32,000 nt of DNA from a cyanobacterium endosymbiont of Braarudosphaera bigelowii (GCF_020885515.1 NZ_AP024987.1:1-32000); one strand, 5' to 3'. Shown: positions 17,871 to 28,540, counted from the first letter of the stretch. Notes: generated from the sequence alone by a model not told the origin. Numbers and translations: made by a program.

Positions 17871-19273
17871 TCATAACTGCTTTGTATCTCTAGATCATCA
17901 CAATTTTCTGAACTGCTTACATTTTTAGCTAAAAGATCGTAATTAATAGAAGATTGTCTTTGAATATGAATTTGTCTTAGTCGTGGACCTTCAGACTTAA
18001 CGACAGTAAACAACAAATTATCATACTTTAATGTTTCTCCTTGTATAGGAATTTTTTGCCACTGATATGATAAAAATCCTCCTAAAGTCTGATATTCATC
18101 TATCAAAGGTAAGTTAAGCCCTAACACATTATTGAGTTCTTCTAAATTTAATTGAGCCTCTATTAAAAAATTATTTTCATCAATTATTTTCAATATCTCT
18201 TTTTTCTCAGTTATATCTTCTGAATCGTTACCTAAAATTTCTTCAATTACATCTTGTATTGTAATTAGTCCAGACGTTCCTCCAAATTCATCTACTATGA
18301 TTACCATTTTCAGCTGTGACCTTTGCATCAAAGATAATAACTCATCAAGAGGCATTGATTCTGAAACAAATTTCACTGGTTTGGCCCAGTCACAAAGAAA
18401 AGAATTTGAACTTAATTCTCCTTTTGCTAAAGGCTCAGCCAAGTCTTTAAAATCTATAATGCCTAAAATATCATCAAGAGAATCACCTTTGATTGGATAA
18501 CGAGAATGTCCAGTTGTAGTTACTTCTTCTAATAATTCCTCAAAAGTAGTGGTTTCAGAAACAGCAATTAATTGAGTACGAGGAACCATCACCTCCATTG
18601 TTGTAACTGTACCAAATTCAAAAATATTTTTAAGTAAAGCTCTCTCCTGAGCCTCTAAGCCTGTTGATTCTCCTTCTGTAGATATGATGAGTTGCAATTC
18701 TTCAGGAGTAACCTGACTATATCTTTCCTCTCCTGTATATCTAATTCCTATACTACGTAATAAAAAGCGTGTTGATTGATTTAAAATCCAAATAAAAGGA
18801 TTAAAGATCTGAGATATAACTCTAATTGAAGGTCCTAAAAATCTAGCTAACTGTTCAGAATATAATAAGGATAGTGACTTAGGGCATAATTCTCCCAAAA
18901 TAATTTGCAAGTAAGCTAAAAATAGAAAAGCAAAAGGTATAGCAATACTATGAGACAAACTTATACTTATAAATCTGGGAAATGGCAATTTTGTTAACAC
19001 TTCTATTATTAACTGAGCCATAACACTTTCTCCAACCCATCCTAAGGCTAAGCTAGAAAGTGTTATACCTAGTTGTGTTGTCGATAGCAAACGATCAAGG
19101 CTACGCTGTAAAGATTGAACTGTTTGTGCTTGAATATCTCCAGCTTTAACTAATTGACTAATTCTTGATCTCCTAACCGAAACCATTGAAAATTCTGCTG
19201 TAACAAAAAATGCATTGATAACTATAAGCAAGAAAACTGATAAAACCCTTATTAAAATATCTGAAGTTGACAT
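17861..19273 (-). CDS. CNNM/CorC (HlyC)-type transporter with CBS pair and CorC_HlyC domain
   Basis: 470 aa; FFVTAEFSMVSVRRSRI, LGELCPKSLSL, EVMVPRTQLIAVS, STGHSRYPIKG, IIVDEFGGTSGLITIQDVIEEILGNDSEDITE. Confidence 0.92.
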   Translation of the reverse strand: MSTSDILIRVLSVFLLIVINAFFVTAEFSMVSVRRSRISQLVKAGDIQAQTVQSLQRSLDRLLSTTQLGITLSSLALGWVGESVMAQLIIEVLTKLPFPRFISISLSHSIAIPFAFLFLAYLQIILGELCPKSLSLLYSEQLARFLGPSIRVISQIFNPFIWILNQSTRFLLRSIGIRYTGEERYSQVTPEELQLIISTEGESTGLEAQERALLKNIFEFGTVTTMEVMVPRTQLIAVSETTTFEELLEEVTTTGHSRYPIKGDSLDDILGIIDFKDLAEPLAKGELSSNSFLCDWAKPVKFVSESMPLDELLSLMQRSQLKMVIIVDEFGGTSGLITIQDVIEEILGNDSEDITEKKEILKIIDENNFLIEAQLNLEELNNVLGLNLPLIDEYQTLGGFLSYQWQKIPIQGETLKYDNLLFTVVKSEGPRLRQIHIQRQSSINYDLLAKNVSSSENCDDLEIQSSYDGE

Positions 19274-19302
19274 ATCTCAAATGTGATAATTAATAACAAT
19301 TA

Positions 19303-19986
19303 TCAGATCACAGGAATATTATTTATATTGAACTTGAGCTTTCTATCAGGATAATTGGTTAATTTTAAAGATAGAGTTGTACTTCCCTTAACAGAGAAGT
19401 TCGGAATTCTTATTTCTCCACTAAAAACATTACTCTTAGGTGGTAAAACATCTGGAAGGCCTCTTATGATTGCTCCAAGAGAATACCTCTGATCATCATG
19501 AATTTCTAAAGAGCTATAAAGAAATTTAATCTCATCAGCTCCTCTATTCTGTAAATTAATTTTTAAAAGCATTGTTTCTCCATCATTTAAAGCTTCTTTT
19601 ATTTCTAAAATCACCTCTTGATCTACAACCTGCAAAGGTAAACTTTGTGAAGTTTTATTATAAATATTCTGAATATTATCTTTTTGAAATTTATTTTTCT
19701 GAAAACTTACTAATTCTTTCTTTTGATTAGTATAGTCGTAGACTTTACTTAATACAGTTTTTTCATCCATAGGCTTAAACTTAGTAGGTTTAGTAAATGT
19801 ATTAGAAGTATCTATCAGTTTTTTACTGGGATTAGTACTTAATTGATTTACTCCTTTAAGAGCTTGAGAACCTGCTTCATAAGAGAAATAAGCCCCTACT
19901 ATACCGGTACCTAACATAAGCAGTGATAATAATACTGTAAGCTTCACAGTTGAATTTGTTTTCATCGTGTTGATTACATAATACAA
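19303..19986 (-). CDS. Conserved-looking hypothetical membrane-anchored protein
   Basis: 227-aa ORF; N-terminal TM (VKLTVLLSLLMLGTGIVGAYFSYEAG) and beta-rich C-terminal domain. Confidence 0.65.
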   Translation of the reverse strand: MYYVINTMKTNSTVKLTVLLSLLMLGTGIVGAYFSYEAGSQALKGVNQLSTNPSKKLIDTSNTFTKPTKFKPMDEKTVLSKVYDYTNQKKELVSFQKNKFQKDNIQNIYNKTSQSLPLQVVDQEVILEIKEALNDGETMLLKINLQNRGADEIKFLYSSLEIHDDQRYSLGAIIRGLPDVLPPKSNVFSGEIRIPNFSVKGSTTLSLKLTNYPDRKLKFNINNIPVI

Positions 19987-20090
19987 AATTTTTCTTGATT
20001 ATAATAATTTAGTGGAATACTGACGCAAATATTTCTATCTATTCATTATTGCGCTATAATGTACTAACTTGAAATAGATTCAAGCTAATT

Positions 20091-20163
20091 CCAGGGTTGG
20101 CCGAGCGGTTGAGGCAACGAACTCATAATTCGTGCAAGGCAGGTTCAACTCCTGCACCCTGGA
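20091..20163 (+). tRNA. tRNA with CAU anticodon, probably tRNA-Ile2 (lysidine-modified) rather than Met
   Basis: CCAGGGT/ACCCTGG acceptor, GCC-GAGCGGTTGA-GGC D arm, ACGAA-CTCATAA-TTCGT anticodon arm, GCAGG-TTCAACT-CCTGC T arm; overall pattern recalls chloroplast trnI-CAU. Confidence 0.88.
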
Positions 20164-20391
20164 TTCAAAATTATCCTATTCAGATAATAGTAAAGTAAAT
20201 ATATTTAAGTTTTATCTTTCTTAAAAACTTAAAGTACCCCCATGCCTATTTTGCTTAACTATCACCAAGCTCTCTTCTTAATTTCCTCCTAACAAGTAAT
20301 TATTGTATTAAACAAATTAGATTGAGCGCAATAGTCGTCATAAAAGTGAGCTCGGAATTAAGTTTTTCAATGGGATCGCGAGATTATACTT

Positions 20392-21093
20392 TTAAAATTC
20401 TCTTACTACAGGAATATTGTCAACAATTTCACCTATTAAAATTAAATTTGCCACACCAACGAATAGGCCATTGTCTAGAACACCTGGAATATTATTAATT
20501 ATTGTTTCTAAACTCTTTGGATCATCGATATAGTCAAATTTAGTATCGATGATTAAATTACCTTGATCTGTAACGATTGGTCCAGCTTTTCTAATACCCA
20601 TTCGTAAATCAGGGTTACCTCCAAGTTCTTTCAGTTTCTCCATTACTGGGGTAAGAGCCTTGGGGATTACTTCAACCGGTACTGGAACAGTAGAACCTAG
20701 CGAATCTACTATTTTGTTACCATCAACTACTACAATAAACTTTTTGGCAAGACTATCAACAATTTTTTCTTGAGTGTGGGCAGCACCACCACCCTTAATA
20801 AGATTTTTCCTCGGATCAACCTCGTCTGCACCATCAATAGCAATATCGATATGGTCTACCATATCTAAAGTACTGAGGGGAATATTATATTTTTTAGCTA
20901 AAACTTCTGCTTGAAATGATGTCGTAATACCTATAATGTTTTTCAAACTGCCAGATTGCAAACGTTTCCCAATATGCTCTATGGCATAAGCAGTCGTAGA
21001 TCCTGTACCTAAACCTATAATGGAATTAGACTCAATATATTCAGCAGCAGCTTTCCCTACTTGCTGTTTCATAATTACTATTGGATCAGTCAT
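20392..21093 (-). CDS. rpiA: Ribose-5-phosphate isomerase A
   Basis: 233 aa; [56 protein letters not shown]. Confidence 0.97.
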   Translation of the reverse strand: MTDPIVIMKQQVGKAAAEYIESNSIIGLGTGSTTAYAIEHIGKRLQSGSLKNIIGITTSFQAEVLAKKYNIPLSTLDMVDHIDIAIDGADEVDPRKNLIKGGGAAHTQEKIVDSLAKKFIVVVDGNKIVDSLGSTVPVPVEVIPKALTPVMEKLKELGGNPDLRMGIRKAGPIVTDQGNLIIDTKFDYIDDPKSLETIINNIPGVLDNGLFVGVANLILIGEIVDNIPVVREF

Positions 21094-21217
21094 CTATTAA
21101 CTCCTTTGAAGTTGATTAAATTCTACTATTGAATTTCTTAAATTCAATAAACGATAGGGGATGAGGCAGCCTTTAGCTCATAAATCCATCCCTTATTTAT
21201 CATTTATCTATTACTCT

Positions 21218-21670
21218 CTAACTTTTGGAAGATGTTGCTAACATTTGTTTCAGTTGAGTTAATTGTTCTGCCCAACGAGGATCAGGCTGAAAACCTTCAT
21301 TTCCAGAATTTCCATTTGATGATTGAGTTCGATTATCACGCTTTTTATTGGTACTTTTTTTAGCTTTGTTAGGCATAGGCTTACTATCAGTACTTTCATC
21401 TGAAGACTCTTTTCCTTTAGCCCTAGGAAGAGCTTTTTCGATCTTAAGTGGGTTTTCCATAAAAGATTGACCATTATATTTTTCAATAAACGCATCAGCT
21501 AATTCATCTGTAAGAACAGTGACGAACGCAAAGCCTCGACATTTTCCTGTTTTACGTTCTTTAATAACTTTGATCGATATGGTGTCACCAGCATCGACAA
21601 ATAGTTCTTCCAGAGTTTGGCGTTCAATATTTTCTTTAGGTAAATTACCTACATATAAGCGAATAGACAT
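21218..21670 (-). CDS. RRM-type RNA-binding protein
   Basis: 150 aa; RNP2 RLYVGNLP and RNP1-like CRGFAFVTV, low-complexity C-terminal tail. Confidence 0.92.
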   Translation of the reverse strand: MSIRLYVGNLPKENIERQTLEELFVDAGDTISIKVIKERKTGKCRGFAFVTVLTDELADAFIEKYNGQSFMENPLKIEKALPRAKGKESSDESTDSKPMPNKAKKSTNKKRDNRTQSSNGNSGNEGFQPDPRWAEQLTQLKQMLATSSKS

Positions 21671-22244
21671 TTTAGGATGTACCTCCAGTAATTGAGTTGA
21701 TAAAATTTTTAGTTAACTCTCATTTTAAGAGTTATATATTTCAGCCTTAAGCAGATTAGGAAAATAGTTTCTTCATAATCTTTCATGCTATTAATAAGAC
21801 TTGATTTTGTTATGTGGACCTGTTCTCTTCAAAACTAATTTTCCTTTAGTAAAGTTAATATATCCAAATAGATTACCAAAATCTGATTTCATTTCATTTA
21901 CTAACAAATGTAGATAAAACAGATACTACTTTTCTAGATTATTACAGATTGTATAGACGATTCGCCAAATAATTCAAAAAAAATAAAAAAAGTTCTAAAT
22001 GATTTTCAATTTTTCTGAATTTGATGGCAAGTAATATTTTTTAGTAATTATTTTTCAACTGATCATTTAAGTTATTAATTATAATATCTTCAATTATTAA
22101 TTACCGAATATATTTTCATTTTTATATAAAGATTTCTGAAATTCATATTAGTAGAATTTATATATATACATTTGACTTTTACTGATTTTTGATAAGACTT
22201 TATAAAAATCAGGTCCTAAACAAAAGCTACATGGAGTAGATACA

Positions 22245-22409
22245 ATGAAGCTTTTATTGTATAGTCTCATCGAAAAAGATAAACTTAGCATTCTTTTCTT
22301 GCAATTTATTTCAAGAATTACTCTCAACTATGGTGAGAAGTTGAAAAAAATGACATCTCATACCTTATTAAGATTTCGTAAATTTATTACTTTAAAAATT
22401 AACGAATAA
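22245..22409 (+). CDS. Short ORF (54 aa), possible small protein
   Basis: MKLLLYSLIEKDKLSILFLQFISRITLNYGEKLKKMTSHTLLRFRKFITLKINE with GGAG at 22233-22236 upstream; no recognised family. Confidence 0.2.
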   Translation: MKLLLYSLIEKDKLSILFLQFISRITLNYGEKLKKMTSHTLLRFRKFITLKINE

Positions 22410-22635
22410 CTATACTGCATCTGTTGATTTTGTATTTAGAACCAGAAGTTATGGATTGTTAAATTAATGATATCTTATACAATTATTTATAGATCAGGTA
22501 TCTATAAAGTTACTTATTCTTCTTTGTAAAGAAATATAAATTTTTTCTATGTGGTTACTTTTATCTATTAACTACAAACGAAGACTGCGATAACCTGTAC
22601 TCATCTAATTTTTATACTTACATTTAAGTAATACC

Positions 22636-23598
22636 TTGTTTTCTATGGTTGTTTCTAATCGTTTAATTCGTATTGGTTCTCGAAAAAGTCAATTAGCATT
22701 GGTACAGACTTATTGGATAGAAGAGCAACTACGAAAGTATTATCCTAATTATGAGTTTCAAATAGAAACCATGAGTACACAAGGAGATAATATTTTAGAT
22801 GTTGCCCTTGCAAAAATTGGAGATAAAGGACTATTTACAAAAGAGTTGGAAATAGCTATGCTGCAAAATCGAATAGATTTTGCAGTTCATTCACTAAAAG
22901 ATCTTCCAACCAATTTGCCAGAAGGTTTAATACTAGGCTGTATAACAGAAAGAGAGAATCCTGCGGACGCTCTCGTAATTAATGAAAAATACAAAGCCAA
23001 CAATTTATCTACTTTACCAGAAGGGTCAGTAATTGGGACATCATCCCTTAGACGCTTGGCTCAGCTTCGCTACCATTATCCCCATTTAATTTTCAAAGAT
23101 ATTCGTGGTAATGTTAATACCCGTCTGGCCAAACTAGATGCTGGAGACTATGACGCTATTGTTCTTGCCGTAGCAGGATTAAAACGTTTAAATATGGATA
23201 GCAGAATTCATCAAATTATTCCGGAAGATATTTCTTTACATGCTGTGGGACAAGGTGCTTTAGGTATAGAATGTAGAGCAAATGACTCTAAAACCTTAGA
23301 ATTACTTAACGTTTTACAACATTCAGAAACCCATTACCGCTGTATAGGAGAACGTTCATTCTTAAGAGCATTAGAGGGAGGATGTCAAGTTCCTATCGGA
23401 GTTAGTACTAAAATAGAATGTAATATATTGACTTTAACTGGAATGGTAGCAAGTCTGGATGGAAAAACTATGCTAAAAGATACTGTTTCCGGTCATATAG
23501 AACAAGCAGAAAATCTAGGATATCAGTTGTCTGTCTCTCTGCGTAATGCAGGTGCAACAGAAATTTTAGAAAAAATATTTGCTGAAATTAGGCCCTAA
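22636..23598 (+). CDS. hemC: Porphobilinogen deaminase (hydroxymethylbilane synthase)
   Basis: 320 aa; [78 protein letters not shown]. Confidence 0.97.
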   Translation: MFSMVVSNRLIRIGSRKSQLALVQTYWIEEQLRKYYPNYEFQIETMSTQGDNILDVALAKIGDKGLFTKELEIAMLQNRIDFAVHSLKDLPTNLPEGLILGCITERENPADALVINEKYKANNLSTLPEGSVIGTSSLRRLAQLRYHYPHLIFKDIRGNVNTRLAKLDAGDYDAIVLAVAGLKRLNMDSRIHQIIPEDISLHAVGQGALGIECRANDSKTLELLNVLQHSETHYRCIGERSFLRALEGGCQVPIGVSTKIECNILTLTGMVASLDGKTMLKDTVSGHIEQAENLGYQLSVSLRNAGATEILEKIFAEIRP

Positions 23599-23602
23599 TA
23601 TA

Positions 23603-23661
23603 ACTTTTTGATTTATTAAGAACAGCTGCGATGATCTCAATACTGTTTTTAGTAAATCAAA
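23603..23661 (+). terminator. Nested hairpin/terminator downstream of hemC
   Basis: Outer 11-bp stem TTTTTGATTTA/TAAATCAAAAA encloses inner AACAG/CTGTT followed by TTT. Confidence 0.5.
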
Positions 23662-24070
23662 AAATTATCTTTATTGATATAGAAACTTTATGTTCTTTTT
23701 ATTAATCAGAATATATTCTATGAAGGCTATTTATAAATTCTTATATATTCTTGTAAATTTGTATTTGTTATTATTCAAAATAAACAATACTTACTTAAAT
23801 GATTTTTCAGTATAAATATAAGAAAATTAAAGCTTTTTCCGAATATTACTTGCAGAGAAGAATACTAGCAAGTACACCAAGTATAAAGCAGTAGCTTAGT
23901 GATAATAAGTCAACAAGAATAACTCTATTGCTCTAAAATCAATTTATATCTTTATGCTACGATAAACCAGGAATAAGTAGTCTCTATAATTGAGAAACTA
24001 GTAAATATAAGAGCTTTCTCGAAGAGATTATGATCATTAATTTAGTTCTATTCAATATTATTTAAAAAAT

Positions 24071-24424
24071 ATGTCACAAGAAAAAGGAAAAGGTTTTGGA
24101 TTTGGATTAGGAAAAATTAAAGAACTTCAAGAAGCCTTTAAGAAAGCACAACAAGTTCAAGCTGGGGCACAACAGCTTCAAGAGGAACTAGAGAAAATGG
24201 GCATTGAGGGTTATAGTGACGAAACCAAGTTAGTTACAGTAATCATTAGTGGAAATCAAGAACCTCGTGAAGTTATTATTAGTCCAAGTGCTATGGACAA
24301 AGATCCTAATGCTTTATCTGAACTTGTAACAATGGCAATGAGAGACGCCTATAATAAATCAACGGAAACAATGAGGGAAAAAATGGAAGTTCTTACTAGT
24401 GGACTAAATTTACCTGGAATGTAA
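24071..24424 (+). CDS. ybaB: YbaB/EbfC family nucleoid-associated protein
   Basis: 117 aa; [29 protein letters not shown] and [21 protein letters not shown]. Confidence 0.93.
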   Translation: MSQEKGKGFGFGLGKIKELQEAFKKAQQVQAGAQQLQEELEKMGIEGYSDETKLVTVIISGNQEPREVIISPSAMDKDPNALSELVTMAMRDAYNKSTETMREKMEVLTSGLNLPGM

Positions 24425-24438
24425 ATTAAAGTATTTGG

Positions 24439-24469
24439 GAAATTGGGTAGATCATCTTCCCCCAATTTC
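24439..24469 (+). terminator. Probable terminator of ybaB
   Basis: GAAATTGGG-N13-CCCAATTTC followed by TTTAACTT. Confidence 0.5.
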
Positions 24470-24580
24470 TTTAACTTGAACCATATCTAAATCTAACAAA
24501 AAAATTATTATGCAAAACAAATTGCTTTAATAATAAATTAACTTGTTATCTAATATTCCGAAATGTAAAATATATTAAGT

Positions 24581-24997
24581 TTATTCCTTAAGTCTAAGAT
24601 TATCTAGATATCCTGTCCATTGTGCCGCTAGAGAAATATCAGTAAACGGAATTGTAATAGTGGGTTCATCTGATTTTTTAAAAATAAACCGTATTAGAGC
24701 TATCCCTTTTTTAGGTAAGTTATCTAAATCAGCAACATTATTATTAATCAATAATGTTACTGATTGAACATCATTTAAAGAAAAACTAGGCAAATTATTT
24801 GGAATGTTTCTTTTCGGTTGACCCCAAGTTACTTGTTTATTTTTAAGTCCGATAACAGAATATATATCATATTTAGCTGTATCAAAGCCTTTTGACCATA
24901 GACTATAAGCTTCTAGCTTTTGATATTCATTCCACCCATTCCAAGTTAACCAACTAAAAAATACGAGCAAAGGCAACCACATAAGCCCTCTTTCCAT
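24581..24997 (-). CDS. Conserved-looking hypothetical protein, membrane-anchored
   Basis: 138-aa ORF with N-terminal TM and soluble domain; family not recognised with certainty. Confidence 0.6.
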   Translation of the reverse strand: MERGLMWLPLLVFFSWLTWNGWNEYQKLEAYSLWSKGFDTAKYDIYSVIGLKNKQVTWGQPKRNIPNNLPSFSLNDVQSVTLLINNNVADLDNLPKKGIALIRFIFKKSDEPTITIPFTDISLAAQWTGYLDNLRLKE

Positions 24998-25643
24998 TAT
25001 TAAATTTCCTCGTCGTTACAAAATAGATACTTTAGAATAATAGATTTACATCCTAAGCAAGTTAGTTGTTTTAATAATAGGAATATTATCACAATGTAGA
25101 GAAGTAAGCTTTATTATTAAAAGTTCATATTTTTCTATACATTTAGTAGTATTAGTTTGTAAGATAAAATAATTAATATATCGTGTACAGATATATTGAT
25201 TTAATAATAAAAGCAAATATCTTAAGTATTATTAATTTGAATATATGTTTTTAATATTGATGTATGTATTTATAAATATATAAGCTATAGATACTGGGTT
25301 CTTTAACCGTAATTTAGATTACGTAAAAAATATTTTTGGTATGATAATGACCTTTAAAAAAGTTATATATTAGTATAGAAAACGTTTGAATTTGATTTTT
25401 AGTCAAAGGCGCTATGGTAGCAGTAATTACTAAAAAATATAAACTAATATTATTGCTTTAGTATCTATTACTAATTAGAATTAAGTACTTTTCAGAATAT
25501 ATAGCTTAGAAATTTGTTTTTGTTGTATTCAAACAACTTTTCTTTGAAATAAACACTATAGAAAAGACAATATTTCTAGAAAAATACATAATAGGTTTAC
25601 TAAGAATTAATTATTCTCGTATGAGGTTTTTATAAGCACTACA

Positions 25644-25970
25644 ATGAATAACTTAAAAAATGATATTAAATCCATTGTAAATTTGATGAATATCACAATT
25701 ACCAGTCTTGTCGTAATTATCATTTTTATTATTGGAATATCCAATCTTACAGAAAATTCACAAAGTCGTCATATTAGACAATTTGCTGAAAAAAAACTAC
25801 GATTATTTTCTAGAGGATATAGTCTTGACACCATTAATTGTGATGGTGTTGATATTAACCATAATGGATTTGTTAATTGTAGGGCAAGCGATAGAAAACA
25901 AAATATTATTTTGTTGGAATGTCCCTATAAAGAAAAGAATAGTAGGTGTAATTATTTATTTAAAAAATAG
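25644..25970 (+). CDS. Hypothetical small exported/membrane-anchored protein with four Cys and a DxNxNG loop
   Basis: 108-aa ORF; N-terminal TM, then INCDGVDINHNGFVNCRASDR...LLECPYKEKNSRCN. Confidence 0.55.
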   Translation: MNNLKNDIKSIVNLMNITITSLVVIIIFIIGISNLTENSQSRHIRQFAEKKLRLFSRGYSLDTINCDGVDINHNGFVNCRASDRKQNIILLECPYKEKNSRCNYLFKK

Positions 25971-26102
25971 CTAATCATGTCATAGAAGAGAATTTTTATA
26001 TCTACAAAGTTTATGATTAATTTTAGCAATACCTCTTCGAGATAAACTATTCGTTATCTATTTAAGTTAACCTGTCAATTCTTTGAAGAGAAATATATTT
26101 TA

Positions 26103-28277
26103 TTAATATTGTTTAAATCGTAAATAAGTTTCTTGATCATAGATACGTAAGTAATTCCAATAGTTACTAAATACTGATTTAACATACTCTTTAGTCTCTT
26201 GAAATGGAATTTCTTCCACGAAAAGATCAGGATCCCTAGTGTTATATTGTTTTACCCAATTTGATACATTGTTTGGTCCTGCGTTATAGCTTGCAACAGC
26301 CAATAAGGAATTATCATTATACTTTTTATGAGTATAGTTTAAATACCAAATTCCTAGAAAAATATTATCATTCAAATTTTCTAAATGGTAATGTTTAATA
26401 TTCACTTGGTTAGCTATCCATTCCCCGGTGATTGGCATTACTTGCATTATTCCTGTTGCTCCTACAGGTGATTTGCTACTATTATCAAATCGAGATTCTT
26501 GACGCATTATAGACATAATCAATAAAGGATTTAATGTATAGTGCTTGGACCAGAGAATTATAGATTTATAAAAATGAAGTGGAAATAAAGCTCGCCAATA
26601 TTGATCTTTTTTTCGAAGATTTTGCCATTCTTGTTTTTCAAGAAAACTATTCTTATTTTGAAGATTCCATATCTGATTAATAGATTGAAGATTTTTCCCG
26701 TAGGTTAGTTTTAGTAAAGCATCAGTAAATCCTTGCTTAGTATTAAGATTATAACTTTGATTGATTTCTGTTTTGAAGAGCAGTAATGCGTCATTATCTT
26801 GTCCTAAACGGTATAGAGTTTTAAATATTTCAGATCCAGAGGGGGGAATTGGCCGTGAAATAGGTTGACTAACTACAGGAAATATTTGACGTAAGTTATT
26901 AAAATCTCCTACATTCCATCCTAATTGAATTGCAGAACGCCAAGCGTAATAAGAGTGAGGGTAATTTTTAATTACACTTTGGAATACCAGTCTAGACTGT
27001 TGAAAATTACCTAATTGCTTTTCCCATTTACCTAGCCAAAATCCAGCTTTTGGGGCCATCGAACTATCTACATTGTCAATAAAAATCGATTTTGCCCATG
27101 CCTTAGCTTTTATAACGTTCTTTGCATTAACGGCTTCTTTAACAATTTTCCAGCGATATATAGCTGCCAACTTATGATGGGGATATTTAAAAATTAACAA
27201 CTGATAAATTTTTTCTGCTTCATCAGTGTGGTTTAACTTTTGCAATAGATTTGCTTTGTATGAAAGGATTTCTGGAGTATATACAGTAGACTTTGCAATA
27301 ATTTTATCAAGATAATCAAGAGCAATTTCAGGAGGTAACAATACTACTAATCTTTTTAGTGAAAGTAATGCCTCCAAAGAATCAGGAAAATTTAAGAGTA
27401 CTTTCTTATAAGTTTCCAGTATTTTCTCAGGACTTTTTTCATTAAATTCTAGCTCCTGGCTTCTAGCAAAGCGATAAAGATTGTGGGAATTCTTTTTAGT
27501 TTTCAAATATGCAAAAGAAGCTTTATCGTATTCTTGAGTTTCCCAGTAGCCATTTGCAATAGATTCCCAGTCTTTGGGGAGTAAATGTCTTGTGTAGTTA
27601 TTAACTAGATAATTACGAATAGTATTGGCTTTCTTATCATATATGGCATATCTTGCTAGAGATATTAGTAATTCAAATTGTTTAGGATTTTCTTCCAATC
27701 TCTTATAAATTAATTCTTGAATTTTAGGATATTGAGGAAACTTAATAATTCCTGTATCCCAATATTTAGATTCATATTTTCCTAATTGATAATGGGCTTC
27801 TGCTGATATAAAAGATACGGGATATCTTTTAATTAGTGTTTTCCAAATTTTTTGAGCCTGTGTAAGGTTGTTGGTTAACTCATAGCCTCGAGCCCTTTTT
27901 AACAAGATATAAGGCATCAAAATAGGATATTCATTTTCTAGATTTTTTAATTGCCTTAAAGCAAGACCTCCTTCGTATCGCGCAAGTAAATCAATAGATA
28001 ACAGATAGCGTGCACGTGCTCTTTCGATAGATTGCTTTTTTTGAGAAGCAATTTCTTTAAGAATATCTTTTCTTTGCTTTGCAGGAACTTCTGCTAGGGT
28101 TAGGACAATAGATTTTTTTTCAAGATCTTGTTGAAAAAGTAATTCAATATTATTATATTTCTTCTTCTCTACCCATTTTTTAAGTATAGGAAGTAAAAAA
28201 AAAGTATTAGTCAATCCGACTAATATTATGCTGAAAATAATAACTGATTGATACTTATTTTTTAGTTTATTGAACAT
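26103..28277 (-). CDS. slt: Soluble lytic transglycosylase-like protein with TPR/helical repeat N-terminal region
   Basis: 724 aa; catalytic region IMSIMRQESRFDNSSKSPVGATGIMQVMPITGEWIA..NLNDNIFLGIWYLNYTHKKY..LLAVASYNAGPNNVSNW. Confidence 0.92.
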   Translation of the reverse strand: MFNKLKNKYQSVIIFSIILVGLTNTFFLLPILKKWVEKKKYNNIELLFQQDLEKKSIVLTLAEVPAKQRKDILKEIASQKKQSIERARARYLLSIDLLARYEGGLALRQLKNLENEYPILMPYILLKRARGYELTNNLTQAQKIWKTLIKRYPVSFISAEAHYQLGKYESKYWDTGIIKFPQYPKIQELIYKRLEENPKQFELLISLARYAIYDKKANTIRNYLVNNYTRHLLPKDWESIANGYWETQEYDKASFAYLKTKKNSHNLYRFARSQELEFNEKSPEKILETYKKVLLNFPDSLEALLSLKRLVVLLPPEIALDYLDKIIAKSTVYTPEILSYKANLLQKLNHTDEAEKIYQLLIFKYPHHKLAAIYRWKIVKEAVNAKNVIKAKAWAKSIFIDNVDSSMAPKAGFWLGKWEKQLGNFQQSRLVFQSVIKNYPHSYYAWRSAIQLGWNVGDFNNLRQIFPVVSQPISRPIPPSGSEIFKTLYRLGQDNDALLLFKTEINQSYNLNTKQGFTDALLKLTYGKNLQSINQIWNLQNKNSFLEKQEWQNLRKKDQYWRALFPLHFYKSIILWSKHYTLNPLLIMSIMRQESRFDNSSKSPVGATGIMQVMPITGEWIANQVNIKHYHLENLNDNIFLGIWYLNYTHKKYNDNSLLAVASYNAGPNNVSNWVKQYNTRDPDLFVEEIPFQETKEYVKSVFSNYWNYLRIYDQETYLRFKQY

Positions 28278-28495
28278 TCCAATTTTATAAATAGTATTGA
28301 AAATTTTTTACTATGTTCTACGACTTATTTAAGTAATCTTAACTACTATCTTAATTAACTGATACTCGCAAACAAGTCAATATTAACTTTTTTGTAAATA
28401 TATAAGAACTTGAAATGTTATCGTATCTTAATTATAAAAATATAAGTACTTTTTTAAAAAAGTATGAAAATGAAAATTAAACACACTAGGATGTC

Positions 28496-28540
28496 TTTGT
28501 TCTTTATGACTAAAAAAATATTTTAGTCATAAAGAACAAA
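28496..28540. repeat. Perfect 20-bp-arm inverted repeat (TTTGTTCTTTATGACTAAAA-AAATA-TTTTAGTCATAAAGAACAAA)
   Basis: Read directly; in the divergent region between slt and the porin gene. Confidence 0.8.

Noticed and set aside
18297-18500. 67-aa + strand ORF
   Set aside because: Antisense to the CNNM/HlyC-type gene.
20164-20391. Slightly GC-richer intergenic patch between the CAU tRNA and rpiA
   Set aside because: No ORF or protein-like conceptual translation recognised; no clear structured RNA.
21259-21495. 78-aa minus-strand ORF
   Set aside because: Alternative frame within the RRM protein gene.
21792-21893. 33-aa minus-strand frame MKSDFGNLFGYINFTKGKLVLKRTGPHNKIKSY
   Set aside because: Peptide looks non-random but has no Shine-Dalgarno and no recognised homologue; too weak to call.
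25732-25974. 80-aa + strand ORF
   Set aside because: Overlaps the more plausible 108-aa TM/Cys protein in another frame.
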